NCBI GenBank assembly: GCA_963663405.2
Contig: CAXXSM010000097.1
Location: 1-16,766 of the forward strand
Origin: a bacterium
Lineage (GTDB): Bacteria > Hinthialibacterota > Hinthialibacteria > Hinthialibacterales > Hinthialibacteraceae
Length of the DNA stretch: 16,766 nucleotides
Direction of reading: 5' to 3'
Below, piece after piece: positions 8,373-16,766 of this stretch. A program made the translations under genes and the position numbers. Position 1 is the stretch's first letter. Each line of letters opens with the position of its first letter. The notes below the pieces were generated by a model that was not told the DNA's origin, did no database searches, and saw only the letters and a program-made list of their open reading frames with translations.

Positions 8373-9296
8373 TTACGATGAAATCTCTTCTTCAATCTCA
8401 AGATAACGATCGATCAGTTCATCAGCCATTCGTTGATTATACACATCCCATTCGAACTGTCCGCGAAGCTTAGCGCCGCTGAATATTCCTTTCCGGACTA
8501 ATAAACGCTTGAAAAATGCGATCGATATGCTAATTTCCTGATTGGTGAATGAAAGTACGGGCAATAGCCGATAAAATAATTCAAGCGCGTCTTGCCGCCG
8601 CTTATTTTGATAGAGTTCCATGATCGCCCGGTACACCCGAATCATTGAACTTTCCGGAATCATCGCGTCGATTCCCCGGTCAAACGATTCGATCAGCTGG
8701 GGAATCGCCCAGCCGCCGCATAAGAACGCTTCTCCGCCTAACCTCTCCCTCACTTGAGTGTACTTCGGTCCCGCGGGTACGGTCTCGATCTTGAAACCGG
8801 CTAACGTTGGAATTGACTCCCACAGTACTTCCATAATCGAGAGAGGAAGTCCATATCCGTTCCATTGCAAATCTTGAACGATTAAGGGGAGACTGCACGT
8901 GGAAGCGATAGACTGAAAAAATGGAACGATTTCTTGTGGCGTATCATATAGCGCGTCAGGAACGGCTACTAAATACCCCGCAGCGTTGATCTTCATCGCA
9001 AATTCGGCGTAGCTTTGACATTCCATTTCACTTGAAGAGGAAGCGCCAGCGATTAGGGGAATTCTACTTTGGACAATTTCAGCGATTCGCTGGACGAGCG
9101 TAAAACGCTCTTCGTGGGTCAAATAAGAAACCTCACTGGCCACAGCCGGGGCAAGAAATCCATTGACTCCCGTTTCCATCGCATCTTCCAAAAGTTTCTC
9201 CAATGAGGAGAAATCGATCGCTCCATCAAGATGAAAGGGTGTTTGTACAACAGAAATTAAGCCTTTCGGCAAATTCCATTGATTCGAATTTTTCAT
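8373..9296 (-). CDS. DapA/NAL-family (class I aldolase) lyase, not a true DHDPS; 2-keto-3-deoxy-sugar-acid dehydratase-like
   Basis: TPF..DGAIDF, AVASE..YLTHEER, PLIAG, PLIVQD, Schiff-base GFKIE. The N-terminal 109 codons of the long ORF are an extension overlapping the divergent gene. Alternative start at 9308. Confidence 0.85.
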   Translation of the reverse strand: MKNSNQWNLPKGLISVVQTPFHLDGAIDFSSLEKLLEDAMETGVNGFLAPAVASEVSYLTHEERFTLVQRIAEIVQSRIPLIAGASSSSEMECQSYAEFAMKINAAGYLVAVPDALYDTPQEIVPFFQSIASTCSLPLIVQDLQWNGYGLPLSIMEVLWESIPTLAGFKIETVPAGPKYTQVRERLGGEAFLCGGWAIPQLIESFDRGIDAMIPESSMIRVYRAIMELYQNKRRQDALELFYRLLPVLSFTNQEISISIAFFKRLLVRKGIFSGAKLRGQFEWDVYNQRMADELIDRYLEIEEEISS

Positions 9297-9470
9297 AATT
9301 GCGCTCATTAAGATCGGTTTAATAAAAGGTATGACATAAAAAAACGGCTGTGATTCCGCTAAAATACATCGATTCGATGAAAACAGAAAGTAGGAAACAT
9401 TACAAAAGAACAGATCAATGATATCACCTAATCTAAATCCGAATACCATCGAAAGGAGTGAATCATCATC

Positions 9471-10694
9471 ATGAATCGTAAGAACCGAAGACATTTTCTC
9501 ATAACCAGCTGCATCGGTGGAGTATGTATAAATAACGCCTATGCGAAAACAAAAAATCTGATCTCTTCGATCTCCCATGAGATTATTTGGCAAGGCCGGA
9601 ACGAGGCAATCACTTGGTTTCATCCCCGCGCGTGCGTCATTCCAAATAAGCCACAGCCCAACGTGTTAATGACCTGTCAATCGATAACCGGCTCGGATGT
9701 GTTCGGTCACGTTCATGTCTCGTTTACGAAAGATTTAGGAGCCACATGGACACGGCCTGAACGGATCGCCGCCTTTGGACGGCATCCTATTGATGGCGGG
9801 TTATACGAAGGCGTATGTGACGTTGTCCCTGAATATCATACGAAAACCGGTGTTGTTCTGGCCGCCGGACACAATGTGTATTACAAAGACGGAAAACTCA
9901 CACAGCCTTCGGAGAAACGTTTCCCCGTTTATTCAGTGTACGATCCTCAGAAAAAGTCATGGACCGATCGCAAGAAAATCGAATGGGATGATTCCCGCGC
10001 TTCGGCCATGTACACTTGTGGATGTGGACAGCGTCATTTCACGGAAAACGGCGATCTTTTGATCCCCATCTCCTTTGCCCCCCTGCGTCGAACCGATAGA
10101 GCCGTCACTACGATTCTCTGCTCGTTTGATGGACAAACCGTATCGGTTAAAGAGAGTGGAACGGAACTGCGTCTGCCAGAGAAGCGGGGATTGCTGGAAC
10201 CATCATTGATCAAATTCAATGGGCGGTTCTTGATGACTATTCGAGCGGAAGACGATCATGGTTACGTCACCGTATCCGAAGATGGACTGCATTGGAAAAA
10301 GCCCCGCCCTTGGTGTTGGGACAATGGTGAAGCGCTGACCATGTCGACGACTCAACAACATTGGATCGGTCATAGTGATGGATTGTTTTTAGTATACACC
10401 CGCAAAGCGGAGCATAATATCAACGTATTTCGCTGGCGCTCTCCGCTCTATATCGCGCAGGTTGATCCAGAATCACTATGCCTGATCCGTGAGACGGAAC
10501 GAATTGTGTTTCCTTTAATAGGCGATGGGATCGAGAATGGAAAGCACGTCGCCCGTATGGGTAATTTCCACACAACCAATGTGTCGCCATTCGAATCATG
10601 GGTCACGGTTGGCGAAACACTGCCGAACGATGGCTGGAAAGGCAATACGCTTCTAGGGCGGATTCGATGGAACAAGGAAAACAGATCTATCTGA
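9471..10694 (+). CDS. BNR/Asp-box beta-propeller protein (sialidase-like), Tat-type signal
   Basis: RBS AAGGAG. NRRHFL twin-arginine motif and AYA cleavage site. Asp-boxes TKDLGATW and SEDGLHW. RGLLEPS and MGNF segments. Confidence 0.78.
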   Translation: MNRKNRRHFLITSCIGGVCINNAYAKTKNLISSISHEIIWQGRNEAITWFHPRACVIPNKPQPNVLMTCQSITGSDVFGHVHVSFTKDLGATWTRPERIAAFGRHPIDGGLYEGVCDVVPEYHTKTGVVLAAGHNVYYKDGKLTQPSEKRFPVYSVYDPQKKSWTDRKKIEWDDSRASAMYTCGCGQRHFTENGDLLIPISFAPLRRTDRAVTTILCSFDGQTVSVKESGTELRLPEKRGLLEPSLIKFNGRFLMTIRAEDDHGYVTVSEDGLHWKKPRPWCWDNGEALTMSTTQQHWIGHSDGLFLVYTRKAEHNINVFRWRSPLYIAQVDPESLCLIRETERIVFPLIGDGIENGKHVARMGNFHTTNVSPFESWVTVGETLPNDGWKGNTLLGRIRWNKENRSI

Positions 10695-10716
10695 TCGGTT
10701 TTGCGCTGAATCTCCA

Positions 10717-11481
10717 TTATGATTTTAAATGTTTGATGGAAGCGATGTAAGAATCGTAGAGAAAATTAATGTCAGTATGGTAGGCCAGCAGTTGCATTCC
10801 TTTCTGTTTCCAATATTTCAATTGTTCTATGTTCCCTGTGTGAATCCCCGAAATTTTCCCATGTTTTTGACATGCGTTCACGACACGATCGATTCTCTCG
10901 CACACTTCGTGACTCGTAATTTGACCTAGCATCCCCAGCGAATCTGAAAGATCGTATGGCCCGATGATCACGGCGCCGATTCCTTCCACCGATATGATAG
11001 ATTCGATATTTTCCACTCCTCTTTCACTTTCGATCTGCGCAATAATCAGATTTTTCTGATTGGCGCATTCAACCGATTTTTGGGGATCCAATTGCTGGAA
11101 ATCAGTCTGCCCTAAGGTCCCAGCGCATCCCCGCTTTCCTATAGGCCGGTAATAGCAAGCCTCACGGATTTCTGCCGCCTGTTCTTTCGTTTCCGTCATG
11201 GGAATCATCAATCCATTCGCTCCAGCGTCGAGTAAACGTGTCATGTAATATTTCACCCGCGCCGGAGGCCGGACAATAGCGGGAATCCCGAATCCTCTCG
11301 CCACCCGGATAAGATCCGCCACGGTTTCAAATGAGAACACCGAATGTTCCATGTCGATCAACATAAAATCAAATCCGGCGTTCACTAAAAGGTTCGCGAT
11401 GCCCGGATCTCTTATAAATCGAACCATCGTCCCATAGAGTTGTTCCCCATTCTTTAACCGGTCTGTAATATCGCTCCACAT
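10717..11481 (-). CDS. HpcH/HpaI family class II pyruvate aldolase (GarL/RhmA-like)
   Basis: GFDFMLIDMEHS, LLDAGANGLMIP, YRPIGKRG, IAQIES, IGPYDLS. Start at ATG 11481 (AAAGGG upstream). Confidence 0.92.
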   Translation of the reverse strand: MWSDITDRLKNGEQLYGTMVRFIRDPGIANLLVNAGFDFMLIDMEHSVFSFETVADLIRVARGFGIPAIVRPPARVKYYMTRLLDAGANGLMIPMTETKEQAAEIREACYYRPIGKRGCAGTLGQTDFQQLDPQKSVECANQKNLIIAQIESERGVENIESIISVEGIGAVIIGPYDLSDSLGMLGQITSHEVCERIDRVVNACQKHGKISGIHTGNIEQLKYWKQKGMQLLAYHTDINFLYDSYIASIKHLKS

Positions 11482-11616
11482 TGAAAAAGCACCCTTTCTA
11501 TCTATTCGATTAATGTCAAAAGAATCCTCTTCACTTAATCGGCTTGACACATATCCAAGATCCAATTTGCATAATAATAGATATAAATAGTAGAATCTAA
11601 ATTATAGGAGACAATC

Positions 11617-13603
11617 ATGAGAACAGCCACTGGTAATAGTTGGCGCCAAATGATTCGAACTAGTGGAATCATATTGCTATCTCTCTTTGCGATAGGGAAT
11701 ACGGCAACAGATCTTTTTGGATCAACCATAGAATCTTCTACCACAATTCTCATCGAGGCGGAAAGCTTTAACGATTTAGGGGGGTGGGTAATCGACCAGC
11801 AATCGATGGACCAAATGGGCTCACCGTTTCTCTTGGCCCACGGTCTCGGCGTTCCTGTTCCCGAAGCGAGTACCGAAGTTCAATTTCCTCAAACAGGCGT
11901 GTACCATGTTTGGGTGCGAACGCGCGATTGGGCAGGCCCGTGGAAGCAACCGGATATTCCAGAAGCGTTGCGCGCCAAGGGATATCCGGGCAAATTTCAA
12001 ATTCGTATCGCGGACACAACACTGAAGCCCATCTTTGGCACAGAGAACGCCGATTGGCATTGGCAAGATGGCGGCAGTGTCGAAATATCCTCCCAAAAAG
12101 TACGCGTTTCTCTTGTTGATTTGACCGGTTTTGATGGGCGCTGTGACGCGATCCTATTTTGTAAAGACGCTTCCTTCCTTCCCCCAGCAGGTGGGAGAGG
12201 AACTCGACGCTTTCCGGCGCCGGATTCTCGATATACCTGACAATCCACAAGACGCCGGTTCGTATGATTTCGTTGTAGTTGGCGGTGGGATGGCTGGATG
12301 CTGCGCCGCGGTCAGCGCCGCGCGGTTGGGATGCAAAGTCGCATTGATCCAGAACCGGCCCGTTCTTGGAGGGAACAACAGTTCTGAAGTGCGCGTAGGC
12401 TTGTCGGGATTGATTCACCAACAACCGTATCCACGTCTTGGCGATCTAGTCGATGAAATTGGACCGGTCGGACACTGGGAATTTATATGAAGCGAAACAA
12501 GATCCCGATTCGCCACGCAGTCACCGAATTCTTCGCGTAATCGAGAAACATCCCGAAAAGAAAATCCACAACGCCGGCCCCGTATCAAACTATGAGGACG
12601 ATAAAAAACGCCGTGTAGTCGAAGCGGAGAATAACCTGCGGCTGTTTCTAAATACACATGTCTTTGATGTTGAAATGCGGGGAGACCACATCGACGCCGT
12701 CATTGGCAAAAATATTGCCACAGGCCAAGAAACACGATTCCAAGGTCACTTATTCGCTGATTGCACGGGCGATGGCGTGTTGGGCTTTCTCGCCGGGGCG
12801 CACTACCGCGTAGGCCGCGAAGCGAAAAAGCGAAACGGGGGAATCCCTCGCTCCCGAAAAAGCCGATCGGTTGGTGATGGGCACATCCGTTCAATGGGAT
12901 ACAATCGAAGAACAGGAACCAAGTTCGTTTCCAGACTGTCCCTGGGCGGTTCAATTCAACGAAAAAACCTGCCAGCGCACAACCAAGGGCGATTGGGACT
13001 GGGAAACCGGGATGAACCTCGATCAGGTGAAAGACATCGAACGGATTCGGGATTACGCGCTACGTGTCGTCTATGGCAACTGGGCGTATTTAATAAACCA
13101 CACAGTGATATGAAAGAAGAGATCGCCAACCGGCGGCTCGCGTGGGTGGCCTATATTGGGGGCAAACGGGAAAGGCCGGCGATTGCTTGGAGATATAATC
13201 TTGCGTGAGCAGGATATCATAGAGCAGCATCCATATGAGGACGCCTGTGTGACGACAACCTGGTCAATCGATTTACACTATCCGAAGCTAGAGAACACAA
13301 AATATTTCCCAGGTGAAGAATTCCGGTCGAGAGCGGTACATACAAAAATCGAACCCTATGCGATTCCCTACCGCTGCCTATACAGCCGCAATGTGGACAA
13401 CCTCTTGATGGCTGGACGCCACATCAGTGTCACACATGTAGCGTTAGGCACAATTCGAGTGCAGCGAACAACAGGCATGATGGGTGAAGTCATCGGCATG
13501 GCCGCGAGCCTATGTAAATCGCATGCCACCGATCCACGGAGCGTATACAACAACTATCTATCCGAATTGCAGGAACTGATGCGGCCGTGGAGCCGGTCAG
13601 TAA
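11617..13603 (+). CDS. Secreted FAD-dependent oxidoreductase (FAD_oxidored type) with N-terminal beta-sandwich domain, about six frameshifts
   Basis: RBS AGGAG and signal-like N-terminus. Motifs [49 protein letters not shown] (restored), [27 protein letters not shown]. Shifts near 12193, 12478, 12827, 13100, 13174 and 13584. The restored end MRRGAGQ* at 13603 avoids overlap with the convergent gene. Confidence 0.85.
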
Positions 13604-13620
13604 TTCTACTACCGCTCCAT

Positions 13621-15036
13621 TTATCTATTCATAGCAGTCACATTTTTTGGAAATTGAATTAAGAGCATTTCATAGACCAATTCCTTGGTTTCATCCGGCG
13701 CGCCTTCCTCCCGCGCCGCGGTAGATCTCTTTTACACGTTGTGGATCTTTTACCTCAACCCAAGCGGTTGAGTAGATTTGGCCATCGTTTTCTAATGCGA
13801 TGCTCTCCGTAAAGAAAACGCGCCCTACGATCCTCTGTAAAAATTGGGGCCGTGATCTTTGTAAACACCCCGATCAATACCATATGTAATCAAATACACA
13901 TTGGATTGGATGTGAGGGCGTCCCGGCATATCCACCGCGGGACCATGCGCTAAATAATATATTGTATTATCAGGCCCCAATCGTAAAACCCAGTTGACTG
14001 ATCATCGGATTACGAACACTGCCAAGAAGCCCCTTTGGCCGCAATTCAGAAACGGCGCGGATAAAGTTCTTCGCAGGATCAAACTCAAACAACGTCGAGC
14101 ATTCAAAGTGCATTCCCCAAAAACTGTTTGTCCTGGGATTCCATTCGATTGTACGCCAATTGTGATGAAAATCCCCTTTCAGAGTTTCCTTCGATGATTG
14201 AGCGAATGGAACTTTCGATAAGTCCAATCCATCAATATAACTCACCCGCCGATTCTTTGTTCGATCGTATTTCCACAATTGACCATCCATCGTAGAACCG
14301 TACACATTTCCTTCTGGATCAATGCCCGGCGTCCGGCAGATACGATCCCATTCCCAGGGATGCGCGCCCAACTCACCTCGTTGTTGAACGGCGCCCCAAT
14401 AGCGCAGATCATTTTTCTTCACATCATACGAAACGAGAATCCCTGACGGCCAGGTCAATCCATACAAAATAAGATTCGGGCGGTCTATCGTCATACTGAT
14501 AATTCCTTCATTGGGAAAAATCCGAGCCAAATCAGTAAATCGGCCCGTTCGCAGGTCATAGTTCATAAAGTGCCCCCCCGGATGAGGACGCTTATCGCCA
14601 TAATCTGTACCCGGCAGCCCTCCTTGATAGAAAGATGTATGGGTGGCGAACCAGAGTTTTCCATCATGCTCGAACAATCGCGTATGAATCTTTCCCTGTG
14701 AGATTTCCCTCGTAATATCTTCCCCCGCCACTTCATCCATTTTCCCCAACAGCGCGATCGATTGGGAATCGGGATCAAAACGGTATAAACGAGCTGCGAA
14801 TTTAGAATTATGGGTGCTGAGAGAGAAATAAATCTTCCCATCGGGAAGCGGCGATCAATGAATGATAATTGCAATCCGCAGCGGGGAAATCCGGCTGATA
14901 GACTTTCGCAGTAATGTATGCTTCGAGTGAATCAAATGTAACCGCATCTCGCGCTTGAATGGATTGTAATCCCAGCGAAAAAAATGACAATGAAAAATCC
15001 AGTTAAGTATATCAGTTTGAAAACAATATTAAACAT
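13621..15036 (-). CDS. Hypothetical secreted beta-propeller protein, about six frameshifts
   Basis: GGAG RBS and ATG at 15036, hydrophobic N-terminus. Fragments 14808-14990 and 13970-14749 join with downstream pieces ending at TAA 13621. Repeated blade-like motifs DGKIYF, DGKLWF, EGNVYG, DNTIYY, DGQIYS. Confidence 0.68.
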
Positions 15037-15071
15037 AATTTTTCTCCATTGAAAGCCGATTCAATATGGAT

Positions 15072-16766
15072 TTATTCTAAATCGAGCTGTACAATAATCA
15101 TACTGTATAGTTTTCAATCTTGGAACGGTAAAAAAAACTTGGTTTTTCTTTTGCTGAAATGCAATTTCATCCACATTATCCCAATCCGTCGAAATCACTT
15201 TGATCATACTTACAGTTTTTCATGATGGACTTTTAAACGAACCGGGATATCATAGATTGAATCCTGTTGAAATTCACAAGATGAAGAATGATCTGATTCT
15301 TGGCCGGCTTCTCATACAGATTCATCACTACGGTAAGTGGCGCTTGTATATCGACCGATAGATCATCATGCGCCGCCCACCGAACGGCTTCGACCAATTC
15401 CTCCCAATTCTCAGGCAGATCCATTCGGATAGTTGAACCTTCATAGGATGGAATAACTCTGGGAATATACACTGCCCGTCCTTTGCCAAATTCATTTTTG
15501 ACGGTCTTAAGGCCTTTCGCGCCCACCCATGTAAAGACAGCGTCAGCGGTCCGGTAAGCGCGGCGGGTTTGGTTCGCGTCTTCGGATGTCAATCCCAAAA
15601 CATCCCCCAATCCAAAATTAGGCCGTGAACGCCGCCACTCGTTATAAAGAGAGGCCGAACCGGTAGCGGCCAATCCCCCACCGTTCCGAACGTATTCACG
15701 GATCCATTCCAATTGGCAATCCGGCATCGATTCTGTATTGGGAAGCGCCAATACTTTATACTTGGATAAATCTTTAAGTTGCTCTTCAAAAATAAGATCA
15801 AATGGAATCTTGGCTTGAATCAATGTCTGTTCAAAAGCGATCGCGCTTTTCCATGTCGAGCCGGAATTGTATGCGGTGGATGGATAGGAGCGAAATACAG
15901 CGACATCGGTGATTGTTTCCGTGTCGCGGTAATAATCTATGTACTGATATGATTTATCTCCTTTGGGCGATCCCGCGAAGTATCCATACCGGCTCTCAAT
16001 ATGCGGCCCACCTAAATACACCGCTCCTGGTATGTTCAATCGATAGGAGAAAGCCCGATCGACAGCTCGGCCAAGTGGCGTTCCATGGGTACAGGTAAAC
16101 GCCACATTCAGAGTCCGGCTGGCTTTACATTCCCGGATCGGATTGATCAGAACGCCGTCATCCGTCAGTTCGGGTTGTACCCACAGTTCTCCCTCCCAAG
16201 CGTCGACGCCGGTGTTGTCACAAATCCGCAGCCGGGTCAATTCCAGTCACCGCGTAGTTGCCTCTGGATATGCCGTGTATATTGATCCCAACCGCGATTT
16301 TAGGATCGAGTTTTTTGATATAGTGACAAACATCAGAAATCGCGTCCGTCAGGGATTGGCACCGGAAATCAATCCACCGCTGCATGATGGGATCACCGAT
16401 GACCACATTCGATCCCCAAATCCAATGCGGTGGGAGAATGTAATCAACATTGGAAAAGCCTAACATCGCCACACGCTCATCAGGTGAATAGGTTGTCCGA
16501 AGGTATGTTCGAAAATCATTGATCCAATTTTCATTATGCAGTGGCTGCCATGCGACAGGTGGATTCTCCGCTACATTATCCAGAAAAATAATATCCGGTT
16601 TCACCTGTTCAACACAGTATTTAAGTATATTTTCTTTATACCATGCAAGATATTCTGGATTTCGATAGTCCGGTAAATACCGCCAATAATAATGACCGTA
16701 GGCGATCTTCACGGGATGCCCATCCCGGTCACGTAAGATCCAATTTCCGACCGGGGCTCCTCGGCG
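15072..16766 (-). CDS. Putative glycoside hydrolase (GH42/GHL6-like TIM barrel plus beta-galactosidase trimerisation domain), 5'-truncated, about four frameshifts
   Basis: Frame is open to the window edge. Segments NPEYLAW..PDIIFLDN, FRTYLR, WIDFR, IPFDLI..LSKYKVLALPN...EYVRNGGGLAATG..SLYNE, FGKGRAVY, ILHLVNF. Shift near 16229 and three more in 15110-15270. Restored C-terminus FTVPRLKLYSMIIVQLDLE* at 15072. Confidence 0.72.

Noticed and set aside
9297-9623. 109-codon N-terminal extension of the DapA-family ORF
   Set aside because: It overlaps the divergent BNR gene and its promoter region. Family similarity starts only near MKNSNQWNLPKG.
11514-11575. TGTCAA...TTGACA inverted pair and CATAAT in the aldolase/oxidoreductase divergent region
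   Set aside because: The arms are only 6 bp, and the 20-bp -35/-10 spacing is non-canonical.
13604-13662. C-terminal tail [25 protein letters not shown] of ORF 13156-13662
   Set aside because: Likely produced by a +1 error near 13584. It would overlap the convergent gene ending at 13621.
322-16463. Many antisense or alternate-frame ORFs in the track (e.g. 1454-1864, 2445-2864, 3204-3785, 11768-12424)
   Set aside because: They shadow well-supported genes and show no recognisable motifs.
1-16766. CRISPR arrays, tRNA/rRNA, IS elements, integrases, anti-phage defence genes
   Set aside because: No spaced direct repeats, structural RNA signatures, or transposase, recombinase or nuclease motifs were seen by eye.

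Overview
Bacterial window with two parts. (1) 314-5662 is a co-oriented + strand cluster after an AT-rich 313-bp leader: a group II cysteine desulfurase-like PLP enzyme coupled (ATGA overlap) to a 93-aa Cys-motif protein, a DUF3034-like outer-membrane beta-barrel, a 63-aa unknown protein, two tandem divergent V4R (4-vinyl reductase/H-NOX/Bet3-fold) proteins, a perfect 14-bp hairpin and a methyl-accepting chemoreceptor. This is the best candidate for an undescribed system: a possible sulfur/metal-cofactor-dependent small-molecule sensing module linked to chemotaxis. (2) 5809-16766 holds mostly carbohydrate/sugar-acid genes: GH97, GcvR-like ACT protein, DapA-family lyase, Tat-exported BNR/sialidase-like protein, HpcH/HpaI aldolase, secreted FAD oxidoreductase, a beta-propeller protein and a partial GH42/GHL6-like glycosidase. 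Six genes are broken by about 19 small indels (manual count), mostly one extra base in short runs. These are probably long-read consensus errors, and I reconstructed the genes by hand. Family calls come from motif recognition, not database searches. No rRNA, tRNA, CRISPR array or mobile element was seen.
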